Part shown: positions 1 to 10,106 of the stretch, one piece after another
Layout of the letters: each line of letters opens with the position of its first letter
Numbering within the stretch: the stretch's first letter is position 1
Assembly: GCA_963728405.1 (NCBI GenBank)
Contig: CAVSJV010000002.1
Span: forward strand, 272,743-336,742
Direction: 5' to 3'
Length of the DNA stretch: 64,000 bases
From: Methanomassiliicoccaceae archaeon
GTDB lineage: Archaea > Thermoplasmatota > Thermoplasmata > Methanomassiliicoccales > Methanomassiliicoccaceae
Made by a program: the position numbers and the translations under genes
Notes under the pieces: generated by a model
Database searches by the model: none
What the model saw: only the letters and a program-made list of their open reading frames with translations
What the model was told of the DNA's origin: nothing

Positions 1-1545
1 TGAACAATGTCTACGAGACCCTGGTCTGGTATAATGCGAATAGCTCCAGCGAGCTGAAGCCCATGCTTGCCACCGAGGTTCCCACCGTTGAGAACGGGGG
101 CATCTCCGAGGATAAGCTGAACTACACCTTCCATATCCGTCAGAACTGTCAAGTTCCACGATGGAGACCTGATGACCGCCGAGGACGTCCGATACTCTAT
201 CGAAAGGGTCCTAAGAATAAACGACCCCAATGGTCCGGCATGGATCCTGCAGCAGGTCCTTATCCCCAACTTCGTCATGGGTGAATGGACCCCCGAAGGA
301 AACCAATCTCAGATCGATAACGCCATGACCGTTAACGGCAATGATGTTACCTTCCATCTGGTCACTCCCTATGCTGGATTCCTGTACTTGATGGCATATA
401 CTGTCGGGTCCATCGTTGAGAAGTCCTATGTCGAGGCTCATGGCGGCATCGTGAACGACCAGCAGAACGAATGGATGAACCGGCATGAGATGGGCACCGG
501 CCCTTTCAAGTTCGTTGAGTGGGTCCCCTCGCAGTACATGAGGATGGACCGTTTCGACCAATACTGGCAGGGTCCGGCAGCTCTGAAGCATGTCATCATC
601 CGCGAGGTCAATGATATCGGTTCCAGGGAGATGCAGCTTTTCTCCGGCGACGCGGACTGTGCGGCCATTGATACCACTCATAAGCAGGATGTCATCGGCA
701 AGACCGGACTGCGCATCGTTGAAGGCCTTCCAACCTTTACAATAGGGTTTATCGGCCTGAACCAGTTCATAAATGATGGTGTGCACAACATCGATATAGG
801 TGACGTGCCAGCGACCTTCTTCTCGGACGTCCATGTCCGGAAGGCGTTCGTTGCATCGTGGAACTATGAGTCGTATATTCACAATGCGATATTCGACTCG
901 GCTGTCCACCCCAACGGAATGATCCCCAACGGCATGTTTGGTTACAACTCGACCGTTCCAGAACAACAATATGATCTGGCCGTGGCCGAGAGCGAACTTA
1001 AGCTCGCTCTGGACACCAGGACCCCGGACCCGGATGATACCTATTGGGACAATGGGTTCACCCTGAACATATACATCTATAATGGGGATAAGAACGGGCA
1101 GCTGATCTGCGAGATGTTGAAATATTCGCTAGAATCTCTGAACCCGAAGATCTCCATCAACTTTGACGGCCTTGAGTGGGGCTCGCTCATGCTCCCGGCC
1201 CTTTTCAATGGCGAGTTGCCCATGATGGAACTCACCTGGCAGATGGACTATCCCGACCCAGATGACTTCGCCATCCCGCTTGCATCCGTCGGCGGGAGCT
1301 ATTCTAGTCTGTTCGGCCTTAGTAACGCGACCCTGTCTCAGCTGATCAGGGACGCCGCTCAGGAGACCGACCTCACCCTCCGCGCCGAGATGTACTATGA
1401 TATCTCGATGTCGATGTACGAGAACGCGTACTACATATGGGTGGAACAGCCGACGACCTTCCATGTGGAGAGGGACTGGGTCCAGGGTTACTATTACAAC
1501 CCGACCTATTCTGGCCTCTACTATTATGCGTTGTCGAAGGGCTAG
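1..1545 (+). CDS. dppA: Peptide/nickel ABC transporter substrate-binding protein (SBP family 5), 5'-truncated by the window edge, one frameshift near 147
   Basis: NVYETLV...LATE...YTFHIRQ (frame of ORF 63) continues as KFHDGDLMTAEDVRYSIER, GTGPFKFVEW and DYPDPDDF (ORF 172..1545). First gene of a dpp-type operon. Confidence 0.9.
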
Positions 1546-1697
1546 ATCAGTTCAAACCTCTTCTCCGCTTTTTCATATTTACTACTATCTTGATTTATAA
1601 AAACGACTCACGCCACTGTAGATTAATATGAAACGACTTTATTCATAAGATAGGCTATTTATAGCGACATTAAGTTTAGCCAGACGGTGACTGGATC

Positions 1698-2726
1698 TTG
1701 AGGATGCGCACCTACATCATCCGAAGACTTCTACTCATCATCCCCGTCCTGGTCGGTATTTCGATCATCATCTTCTTTCTGACCCAGATCGGGGGAGAAC
1801 CTGCATCGGCCTACCTCACAGAGCACATGTCGAAGGCCCAGGTCGATGCCGTTTACGAAAAATACCATTTCAACGACCCCGTCGAAACCCAATATTTCTA
1901 CTGGTTGGACGGGGTGTTGCACGGAGATTGGGGCGTTTCCAGGACTCAGGGCAGTATGCCGGTCACTGACGCAATAGCCATCCTATTCCCGGCGACCTTC
2001 GAATTGGCCATATTCTCCATGATCATCGCCGTTGTTATTGGCCTCTACTTTGGCACCGTATCGGCGGTCAAAAGGGATACGTTGATCGATCACTCTACCA
2101 GAATGATCGCCCTTACGGCCGTTTCCATGCCCATCTTCGTGTTCAGTTTGATCTTGTTGTTCATATTCTATGCCCAGCTAGGCTGGTTACCGTTCGGCGG
2201 TCGCTATGATGCGATCTTATTCATGGAATATTCCGATGCCTGGCATCAGTACACCGGATTTTTTTTGATCGATTCCGTTCTTAACGGTAATTACGTCATG
2301 TTCATCGATGGGCTGAAACATATCATCCTCCCCGCGGTTGCCCTAGGGCTCTCCTCCTTTGCCCTTTTTACAAGGATGATGAGGTCCAGCATGCTCGAGG
2401 TCCTTGGTCTTGATTATATCAGGAGCGCACGGGCCAAGGGACTCCCGGAGAAGGTGGTCATCAACAAGCACGCCCGAAGGAATGCTCTGATACCCACGAC
2501 GACCGTGGCAGGAATGGCCTTTGGCAGCCTCTTAGGGGGGGCGGTCATCACCGAGACGATCTTTCAATGGCCCGGTCTGGGCCGGTGGTCCACCATGGCT
2601 ATCACCGTGAACGACTCGGCATCGATAATGGGTTTCGTTCTCCTGGTGGCGATCATCTTCATGGTCGCCAACCTGGTCGTGGATATCCTTTACGCCTATC
2701 TTGATCCGCGGGTCAAGCTGGGGTGA
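1698..2726 (+). CDS. dppB: Peptide ABC transporter permease
   Basis: YIIRRLLLIIPVL N-terminus, several TM helices, EAA-like loop DYIRSARAKGLPEK, RNALIP, ETIFQWPGLG, LDPRV end. Confidence 0.95.
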   Translation: MRMRTYIIRRLLLIIPVLVGISIIIFFLTQIGGEPASAYLTEHMSKAQVDAVYEKYHFNDPVETQYFYWLDGVLHGDWGVSRTQGSMPVTDAIAILFPATFELAIFSMIIAVVIGLYFGTVSAVKRDTLIDHSTRMIALTAVSMPIFVFSLILLFIFYAQLGWLPFGGRYDAILFMEYSDAWHQYTGFFLIDSVLNGNYVMFIDGLKHIILPAVALGLSSFALFTRMMRSSMLEVLGLDYIRSARAKGLPEKVVINKHARRNALIPTTTVAGMAFGSLLGGAVITETIFQWPGLGRWSTMAITVNDSASIMGFVLLVAIIFMVANLVVDILYAYLDPRVKLG

Positions 2727-2730
2727 ACAA

Positions 2731-3765
2731 GTGGACAAGGTCAAGAAGGTCGAGAATAGCACCATCCCAATGGGATCGGCAGGGCAAACGTCCCGGTCGC
2801 GTTCGTCCAAATCCATCGCACGGACCAGGAGGTCCCTGTCGCCCCACATCCGAGAGTTCAGGTATGATCTGAGGCTGTTCCGCAAGAGCAAGCTGGCTAC
2901 GGTCGGCCTTACCCTGATCATCATCATCATGGGGATCGCGGTCCTAGCGCCTATTTTGGCCCCCACATTACCAAACCATGATCCGGGGGTTGTGCCAAAG
3001 GATTTTGCCTCGCCAAAACCACCGGGCGCTACCGGATCGATCGACAATAGGGCCTACAATTTCCCATTGGGCAGCGGCAGCGGTGGAGAGGACATCTACT
3101 ACGGTGTCATCTGGGGGGCCAGGACCTCCATTTACACGGCCGTTACTATCGTCGCTATCTCGATGCTTATAGGCATTGTCCTGGGAGCTATCGCCGGCTA
3201 TCGTGGGGGGGTCATCGATGAGGTGTTGATGAGGGTGACCGACGTCTTCCTCTCCCTTCCGGCACTCATTCTGGCCATGGCCGTCGTATCGGTGCTCTCG
3301 CGTACGCTGGACAATATCATATTGGCCCTTATCATCACCTGGTGGCCCGCATACGCACGGCTGGTAAGGGGGCAGGTCCTCTCGATCAGGGAGAGCACCT
3401 ATGTTGAAGCGGCAAGGGCCGTCGGGGCAAAGACGAACCGCATCCTATTCAGACACATTGTCCCGAATTCCTTATCCCCCCTGATGGTCCAGGCCACCAT
3501 GGACATGGGTGTGGTAGTGTTGGTCACCGCAGGTCTAAGTTTCATTGGCTTCTCCCAACCCGGCACCGCCGAGTGGGGAAGGCTCGTTTTCGAAGGCCAG
3601 CAGAACATGTTCTCACAATATGCATACCCGTATCCAGGAGGAGAGCTTTACAACCCCTGGTGGATGTGGGTCTTCCCGAGCATGTTCATCTTCATCTTCG
3701 TCATGGGGTTCAATCTCTTGGGAGATGGCCTGAGGGACATGCTCGATCCAAGGCTCAGGAGGTAG
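2731..3765 (+). CDS. dppC: Peptide ABC transporter permease
   Basis: PLGS..GEDIYYGVIWGARTS, YVEAARAVGA, HIVPN, GFNLLGDGLRDMLDPR. Start probably GTG at 2731. Confidence 0.95.
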   Translation: MDKVKKVENSTIPMGSAGQTSRSRSSKSIARTRRSLSPHIREFRYDLRLFRKSKLATVGLTLIIIIMGIAVLAPILAPTLPNHDPGVVPKDFASPKPPGATGSIDNRAYNFPLGSGSGGEDIYYGVIWGARTSIYTAVTIVAISMLIGIVLGAIAGYRGGVIDEVLMRVTDVFLSLPALILAMAVVSVLSRTLDNIILALIITWWPAYARLVRGQVLSIRESTYVEAARAVGAKTNRILFRHIVPNSLSPLMVQATMDMGVVVLVTAGLSFIGFSQPGTAEWGRLVFEGQQNMFSQYAYPYPGGELYNPWWMWVFPSMFIFIFVMGFNLLGDGLRDMLDPRLRR

Positions 3766-3769
3766 GAAG

Positions 3770-5201
3770 ATGGAAACCGAAGGCATCATACTGGAGATCG
3801 AGAACCTTCACACCAACTTCTATACCTATGCTGGTGTGGTAAAGGCCCTGGATGGCCTAAACCTCTCCATACGGAAGGGGGAGACATTTGGGCTGGTCGG
3901 GGAGACAGGCTGCGGTAAGAGCGTCACCGCTAACTGCGTCCTCCGGCTCATCCCCTCGCCGCCAGGCCGGATCGAGTCCGGCCACATTTACTTCTCCATC
4001 CCTGAGGGAGAGCGAAAGAAGATCAAAGAGCTCGATGCCAAACTCAGCGAGATGGAAGGTCGAAAGGTCGGCGAGGACGATTCAGAATACATGGCCACAA
4101 AGCAGGATTGGGCCAAATTGATCCGAGAATGGGACCTCTTGGCCAAGGACATGGCCTACATGCGGAATATACGTGGAAATCAAATATCCATGATCTTCCA
4201 GGAGCCTATGAGCGCTCTGAACCCGGTATTTACTGCCGGCGATCAGATCTCCGAGGTCATGCTCGTCCACGAGCGCAGGCAACTTGCCCAGAATCGTGCT
4301 AATGAGGATCGATGAACAGATCGCCACTATCAAGGGCCACAAGCATGTGTATGTCCACATGGTCGGAGGCGCAGCGCCTGGCGAGTTCCGGTGCTCGTCC
4401 TGCGCCACGATAGTCCCAATGGGCTCGACGGAGTGCTCGTACTGTGGTGGCAGTTTTGATCATAGGCCACTTCGCCCCCTGTCCCTGGTCAAGCTGACCT
4501 ACCTTCGCCAGTTCTATGTGCGGATGCAAAAGGACCCTGAGGATATCCTCCTTAGGATCTCATCAAGGATCCCCATTCTACGGCGTTACGAGAAGCTCAT
4601 AACGCAGGAGGCCTTGGACAAGGCCGAGGAAATGCTCAGGCTGGTACGCATCCCAGATCCGGGAAACGTTCTCAGATCCTACCCTTATGAGCTCTCGGGA
4701 GGTATGCAGCAGAGGGTGACCATCGCTATGGCCTTGGCTAATCGACCTCGCCTCCTGATCGCCGACGAACCCACCACTGCCCTGGACGTCACCATCCAGG
4801 CCCAGATCCTGAAGTTGATGACGGACCTCCAGGAACAGACCGGTACCTCTATTCTGCTGATCACTCACAATCTAGGGGTAGTGGCGGAGACCTGCCACCG
4901 TGTTGGCGTCATGTATGCAGGAGTCATGGCCGAGATCGGGTCGGTGACTGATGTGTTCAAAGAACCCCTGCATCCCTATACTCAGGGTCTGATGAAATCC
5001 ATACCCACGCTGTCGGCCAGGGTAGAACGTCTGGAGGTCATCGAGGGCAGCGTTCCCAATCTCATCAGGCCCCCATCCGGCTGCCGTTTCAACCCGAGAT
5101 GTCCCTATGCCATGGACATTTGCAGAGCGGAGAAGCCACCTATTGTCGAGTTCAAGGCCGGTCATAATGTGTCCTGCCATCTTTACAAGGGGGCCAACTG
5201 A
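3770..5201 (+). CDS. dppD: Peptide ABC transporter ATPase with helical and Zn-ribbon insertions, frameshift near 4290
   Basis: Walker A GETGCGKS and MIFQEPMSALNP (ORF 3770) join LSGGMQQRV, LIADEPTTALD and C-terminal GCRFNPRC...C...CH (ORF 4284). Confidence 0.9.
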
Positions 5202-5202
5202 G

Positions 5203-6303
5203 ATGGGCTCGGACATATTGATCGAGGCCAGGGGTCTTAAGAAATACTTCCCTGTCCGGGGAGGTCTGCTCCATAAGAAGGTGTCAAGCGTAAAGGCCAT
5301 AGATGATATCGATCTCTACATCCGAAAGGGCGAGACCGTGGGACTGGTGGGGGAGTCCGGCTGCGGTAAGACCACCACCGGCCGATGCATGCTACATCTT
5401 ACCAGGCCAACCGGCGGACACATCTATTACAAAATGCCCTCGAAGGAGCGAGACCGGCTGATCAACCTGGAGAACGAATGGATGGGGATCGAGGGCGGCC
5501 TCGGCAAGGTGTCTGAGGCCGACCGAATCGCTGTGGAGATGGAGGAGATCAACGACAAGTACTCCCTCGAAGCGAAGGATGCCGAATCCCTCCGTCAGAT
5601 AAGGCGGAACATGCAGATCGTCTTCCAAGACCCTTTTTCATCGTTGAACCCCCGAATGCTGGTCAAGGACATTGTCGGCGAGCCGCTGCTGGTCCATGGC
5701 ATCGCCAAGGGAGATGATCGGGAGGCCCGAGTTGTCAACCTTATGGAAGCGGTCGGTCTGGATTCCGAACATCTCTATAGGTTCCCTCACGAGTTCTCGG
5801 GTGGGCAGAGGCAAAGGATCGGGGTGGCCCGGGCCTTGGCGCTAAATCCGGAGCTGGTCGTACTGGATGAGCCGACGTCGGCCCTGGATGTATCCGTCCA
5901 GGCTCAGATCCTCAACATGCTCAATGACCTTCAGGAAAAGTTAGATCTTACCTTCCTGTTCATCTCTCATGATCTAAGTACCATACGATACATGTGCGAC
6001 CGGGTGAACGTCATGTATCTGGGCAAGATCGTCGAGTCGGCCCCTAAGAATGAGCTGTTCGAGCACCCCCTGCATCCGTACACTGAAGCGCTGCTATCGG
6101 TGGTCCCCATTCCGGACCCGGCCCATAAGCGCGAGAAGATCACCCTGGCCGGAGAGGTCCCGTCATCGTTGGATCCGCCGACCGGTTGTCGGTTCCATAC
6201 GAGGTGCAGGTACCGCGACACCATCTGCGAGAGGGAGGAACCAAAGCTCATCAGCGTGGGCGGGGAACACCTTGTGGCCTGTCACCTTCGCGGGAAAAGG
6301 TGA
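5203..6303 (+). CDS. dppF: Peptide ABC transporter ATPase
   Basis: [48 protein letters not shown]. Confidence 0.95.
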   Translation: MGSDILIEARGLKKYFPVRGGLLHKKVSSVKAIDDIDLYIRKGETVGLVGESGCGKTTTGRCMLHLTRPTGGHIYYKMPSKERDRLINLENEWMGIEGGLGKVSEADRIAVEMEEINDKYSLEAKDAESLRQIRRNMQIVFQDPFSSLNPRMLVKDIVGEPLLVHGIAKGDDREARVVNLMEAVGLDSEHLYRFPHEFSGGQRQRIGVARALALNPELVVLDEPTSALDVSVQAQILNMLNDLQEKLDLTFLFISHDLSTIRYMCDRVNVMYLGKIVESAPKNELFEHPLHPYTEALLSVVPIPDPAHKREKITLAGEVPSSLDPPTGCRFHTRCRYRDTICEREEPKLISVGGEHLVACHLRGKR

Positions 6304-6306
6304 GAT

Positions 6307-6654
6307 ATGGCTGAGAAACCGAAGATCAGGATCGACCGGGAGGCCAGGGGGGAGGAGCCGACCTATTATGCTCAAGAGGACCTGCCGGAGAAATACCAGG
6401 ACCTATCATGGCGGCTTTGGTTCACCAGGGTCTATGCCAGGACCTTCTTTGTCATCATCTGCCTGTGGACCGATTCGATGATCTGGTTGAACATCCGGTT
6501 CGACCTTCACCAGCCTTGGGAGCTGGCCACATTGATCGCTATCGCGGCAGTGATCCCCGAATACTATTTGTTCAGGCGGCTTTGGGGAAGAAGAAAGCTA
6601 CGAGCAAGTAATGGTGCCGATCTTCCTAATTGCGGGAAGGGCCAACCCCAATAG
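6307..6654 (+). CDS. Small membrane protein (2 TM), last gene of the dpp operon
   Basis: Starts 3 nt after the dppF stop with a GGTGA SD; two hydrophobic segments. Confidence 0.65.
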   Translation: MAEKPKIRIDREARGEEPTYYAQEDLPEKYQDLSWRLWFTRVYARTFFVIICLWTDSMIWLNIRFDLHQPWELATLIAIAAVIPEYYLFRRLWGRRKLRASNGADLPNCGKGQPQ

Positions 6655-6765
6655 GGCCATGCCCGCCCTTAATATGGCTGGCATCCTGTACTGGGATGTG
6701 TGTTTGCTCCCCATCGAGGACTGATGGTCCTGGGGGCACCATCCGTTCGATGACAGGGCGTGGCC
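6655..6765. ncRNA. Candidate structured RNA (closing stem plus three internal hairpins), family not recognised
   Basis: GGCCATGCCC(6655-64) pairs with GGGCGTGGCC(6756-65). Internal stems: GCATCCT/GGGATGT, GCTCCC/GGGGGC extended by AGGAC/GTCCT, and CATC/GATG. Confidence 0.35.
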
Positions 6766-6962
6766 GTCCTAGCCTACCTCGGTCGAATTTTACATTTACA
6801 TCACAATAAGGGGCCGGAACGGACCTGTTGGAAACCGGAAGGACGAGGAATCACGGTACCTTTTTGTAGTCATACGATGATTATCTGTTTCTAAAATTAT
6901 ATACTTTGGCGAGTATGATAATCTGGAAAGTATTATAAGGGCCGGCTTACAATTGTAATTGT

Positions 6963-7358
6963 ATGTCGGTGGTTAGTATGGAGGAGCTTGTCTTAGCGTT
7001 GAAGAATACGCTGGGCAAGAAGGGAATGCAGGAAAGCGACATCGAGCGCTTGGCCGAGTACATAATGAGCTTCTTCGGTTATACCGATTCGGTCATCGAC
7101 AACCGGCTCACCTCGGAGGACCGGGACGTTTTCTACATGCTAGAGGAGGAAGGTTTTGTCACCACGACCGAGGAAGAGGTGCATCTTAAGAAGGGCAAGA
7201 TGTGGCGCATCCATTATTGGATCCTAAAGAAGGACCAGATCTTCAGACTGGCAGCGATACCCGAAGAGAAGCACCAGGAGATGGACGAAATGACATCTAT
7301 CTACGAGAACATATCCAAGGATGTCTGGGCCCGGGAACCTCCTGGCCAGTCGCATTGA
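6963..7358 (+). CDS. Conserved Thermoplasmata-type hypothetical protein (resembles DUF6015)
   Basis: FFGY..SVIDNRL..EDRDVFYMLEEEG...WRIHYW motif; TTATAA TATA box about 30 nt upstream (probably leaderless). Confidence 0.75.
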   Translation: MSVVSMEELVLALKNTLGKKGMQESDIERLAEYIMSFFGYTDSVIDNRLTSEDRDVFYMLEEEGFVTTTEEEVHLKKGKMWRIHYWILKKDQIFRLAAIPEEKHQEMDEMTSIYENISKDVWAREPPGQSH

Positions 7359-7385
7359 TATCTCTTCTACTGATCTTTCGAACTA

Positions 7386-7404
7386 CCCCGCCGTCCGGGC
7401 GGGG
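7386..7404 (+). terminator. GC-rich hairpin after the DUF6015-like gene, possible terminator
   Basis: CCCCGCC/GGCGGGG stem flanked by pyrimidine/T-rich sequence. Confidence 0.35.
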
Positions 7405-7496
7405 CTCTATGTTTCTATCACTCCGCTTGCTCGGGGTACTTTCTGCTCGCAAAAAGGTTAATAGTGCTATATCATTAGAGCGTCCAGAGGGACTAG

Positions 7497-9065
7497 ATGG
7501 ATGGACTTCTTATCGCCCTAGTGATATTGGTCGTATACCTGGTTTTGGTATTCATTCTGAAGACCAAGGGCATTCTCGAAAAGTACAACATGACTACCTG
7601 GGGTCCGTTCATCATGTGGCGGACCAAGCGGGGAAGGGACCTTATCGATAAGCTGGCCAAGCCCACGCGGTTCTGGAAGTTCTACGCCGCTTTAGGAAAG
7701 GGCGTCGTCATCGTGACCATGATCTTCATCATGGCCCTCCTGATCTGGGAAGCGTTCCTCGTACCCAGCATACCGGCGTCAAGCGCGCCGTCACCGGAGA
7801 TGCTGATCGGTCTTCCGGGCATCAACCCGGTCATCCCGCTCTGGTATGGTATCCTCGGTCTGGTGGTCGCGGTGTTCATCCACGAGTTCGCCCACGGCAT
7901 CCTGACCCGGGTAGGGGACATGAAGGTCAAGGCCATGGGGATCGTCTTCCTGGTCGTTCCCATGGGTGCTTTCGTCGAGCCGGACGAAGAGGCGCTAGGT
8001 AAGGTCGAAAAGAAGAAGCGCACATCGGTCTACGCGGTCGGTCCCGCTACCAACATCATATTCGCTCTCATCTGCGCGTTCCTGTTCTCGATGGTAGTGG
8101 TATCGTCAGCTCAGGTGGCCCACGACGGACCGGTGGTCCTGAGCGTCGCCGGCTCCTCTCCTGCCTCGGTGGCGGGCATGCAGATCGGGGACCAGATCGT
8201 GGAGGCCAATGGAGTCGCGGTAGCCTCGGACGGTTTCAACACGATATCCGCACCGAACCCCGGCACCAACACCACGTTAGTGTATTACCGTTCAGGCAAT
8301 AGTATGGGGGCCTCGATGGTCTCGGGCATGTACATCATCTCTACCACCGAGGGAGAACCGGCCAGGAACGCGGGCATCCAGTCTGGCATGATACTCGCTT
8401 CGCTGGACGAACATATCATCCGCAACTACGCGGAGTTCCGTTCCGTGCTGGAAAACGTGACGCCCGGAGCGACTATGCCTATTTCCGTACTCGCCCTGAA
8501 CACGACCTCCGGCCAATATGAGAACGTCTCCTCCATACAGAGCATTTCCACACTCAAGAGGGGGACGGACTCCAGTCCCATCGCCTATCTCGGTGTGGTC
8601 ATCACATACAGCGGTCTGGGCGTGGCCGACCCCGAGGTCCTGCTAAGCGCTATGGCCAACCCATACGCTGATGTCAGTGGTCCCGGCGACTTCGTCACCG
8701 GAACGCTGCGTTACATCGCGCTTCCGTTCCTCGGACTTCAGCCTCTTAGCGGCCCGTTGACCGGTATCCTGGTGCCGGGCGGAATATTCGCCGGGATGTC
8801 AGCCGATACGTTCTGGATCATCGCCAACAGCCTATATTGGATATTCTGGATCAATCTGATGGTGGGTATGACCAACGCGCTTCCAGCCGTACCGCTCGAC
8901 GGAGGCTTCCTGTTCAAGGACTGGCTGGACTCCATCGTCGGGAAGGTCAAGCAGGGCGCCGACCAGAAGCAGAGGGAGCGATACGTCAACGGCATAACAT
9001 GGGGCTTCGCCCTACTGGTGCTATTCCTGATCATGTGGCAGATAATCGGACCACGGGTCCTCTGA
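7497..9065 (+). CDS. Site-2 protease (peptidase M50) with PDZ domains
   Basis: HEFAH zinc motif, AVGPATN, two PDZ-like segments (SPASVAGMQIGD; EPARNAGIQSG), NALPAVPLDGG. Confidence 0.92.
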   Translation: MDGLLIALVILVVYLVLVFILKTKGILEKYNMTTWGPFIMWRTKRGRDLIDKLAKPTRFWKFYAALGKGVVIVTMIFIMALLIWEAFLVPSIPASSAPSPEMLIGLPGINPVIPLWYGILGLVVAVFIHEFAHGILTRVGDMKVKAMGIVFLVVPMGAFVEPDEEALGKVEKKKRTSVYAVGPATNIIFALICAFLFSMVVVSSAQVAHDGPVVLSVAGSSPASVAGMQIGDQIVEANGVAVASDGFNTISAPNPGTNTTLVYYRSGNSMGASMVSGMYIISTTEGEPARNAGIQSGMILASLDEHIIRNYAEFRSVLENVTPGATMPISVLALNTTSGQYENVSSIQSISTLKRGTDSSPIAYLGVVITYSGLGVADPEVLLSAMANPYADVSGPGDFVTGTLRYIALPFLGLQPLSGPLTGILVPGGIFAGMSADTFWIIANSLYWIFWINLMVGMTNALPAVPLDGGFLFKDWLDSIVGKVKQGADQKQRERYVNGITWGFALLVLFLIMWQIIGPRVL

Positions 9066-9299
9066 TCAGGACCGCACCGCGATCAGCAGCCCCCGGTACT
9101 CATTGCACCGGGGGCACAGATCGTAATCTAGAGCGCGGAAGTTGGAGGTGACCTCGTACACCGACCCGCAGTCCGCGCACTTCTTGAACGCCACCATGGC
9201 GGGGGTGAACCGATCGCACTGATCCACCCTCGTACCTTTGTTATAGACGCACAGCTCGGCTGAGCAGTTGTCGCACAGGCTTCGCCGACTGACCTTCAT
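9066..9299 (-). CDS. Small Cys-rich zinc-binding protein
   Basis: CDNC..C...C and CADC-x15-CPRC. Start probably ATG at 9299. Confidence 0.65.
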   Translation of the reverse strand: MKVSRRSLCDNCSAELCVYNKGTRVDQCDRFTPAMVAFKKCADCGSVYEVTSNFRALDYDLCPRCNEYRGLLIAVRS

Positions 9300-10106
9300 C
9301 CAAAGGTGTTCTCCCACCTTTACTCGCCCCATCCTGATCGCCTCGTGTGATAACGATTGTCAATGTGGTGGTCCACTATAAAATGGTTAGACCGAACTGT
9401 TTCGGGTCTGAAAGGGCAACATGGGGCCAGAGGCGTGGCCGAGGTGGTCGGTAAGGCGGGGAATCTGGTGAAATGGTCAGACCTCTTAGGATGGTGATCT
9501 TCCACAATATCCGATCAACACCCTGTTCAACCAAGACTGCCTGACGCTCGAAGTACGGTCCGGGTGGGCCGACACTGCTAGGGGATAGGACCCATACATG
9601 GGTCCCAATAACGAAGCAGCAGCTAACAAAGCCATGTCGATCTACGAACGGCATGAACCGTTCCAGTGACTGGCCGATGTGGCCGTTATCAACGCTTCGG
9701 AAAGGATTGTGCTCGACATGTCGCACTTAATCTTGCCTATATGCATAAGATAATGATAGATAATCACGATATTCGATCGAGGTCGGCCGATGTGGAGAAA
9801 CTGATCAAGGAGGTCAACGTGAAATTTACTTTCAAGGTTGAGTTCAAAGGAACATCCTGAGAATGAGGTCATGTCTTATTTCAGAAGGCAGGAGAACTGG
9901 CCGACCACCTTCAGGAAAAAAGGAAGACGCTGTAATGGGCCCGTATTTTACCTATCATCTCGTAGGCACTTTCCTGTCCTCCTGGCCCAGAGCCCTCTGA
10001 TAGTGGTTCCAGCTCGCATCCGGCCTTACCTTGGCAATGCTCATGGGTCGTGAATAGGCCAATCCTTGACCAAGTTAACGGAGGAAGATGGCCGGAAAGT
10101 GATGCA

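Noticed and set aside
6822-6844. ORB-like sequence CCTGTTGGAAACCGGAAGG (replication origin)
   Set aside because: Single degenerate copy, no G-string, no cdc6/orc1 gene nearby.
9389-9690. Cobalamin-riboswitch-like GGGAATCTGGTGAAAT (9459-9474) with nearby hairpins (9389-9409, 9588-9605), or RNase P RNA
   Set aside because: No downstream CCC.C.ACTGT or B12-box, no B12-related gene, and no GAGGAAAGTCC RNase P signature. The hairpins alone are insufficient; an Rfam scan would settle it.
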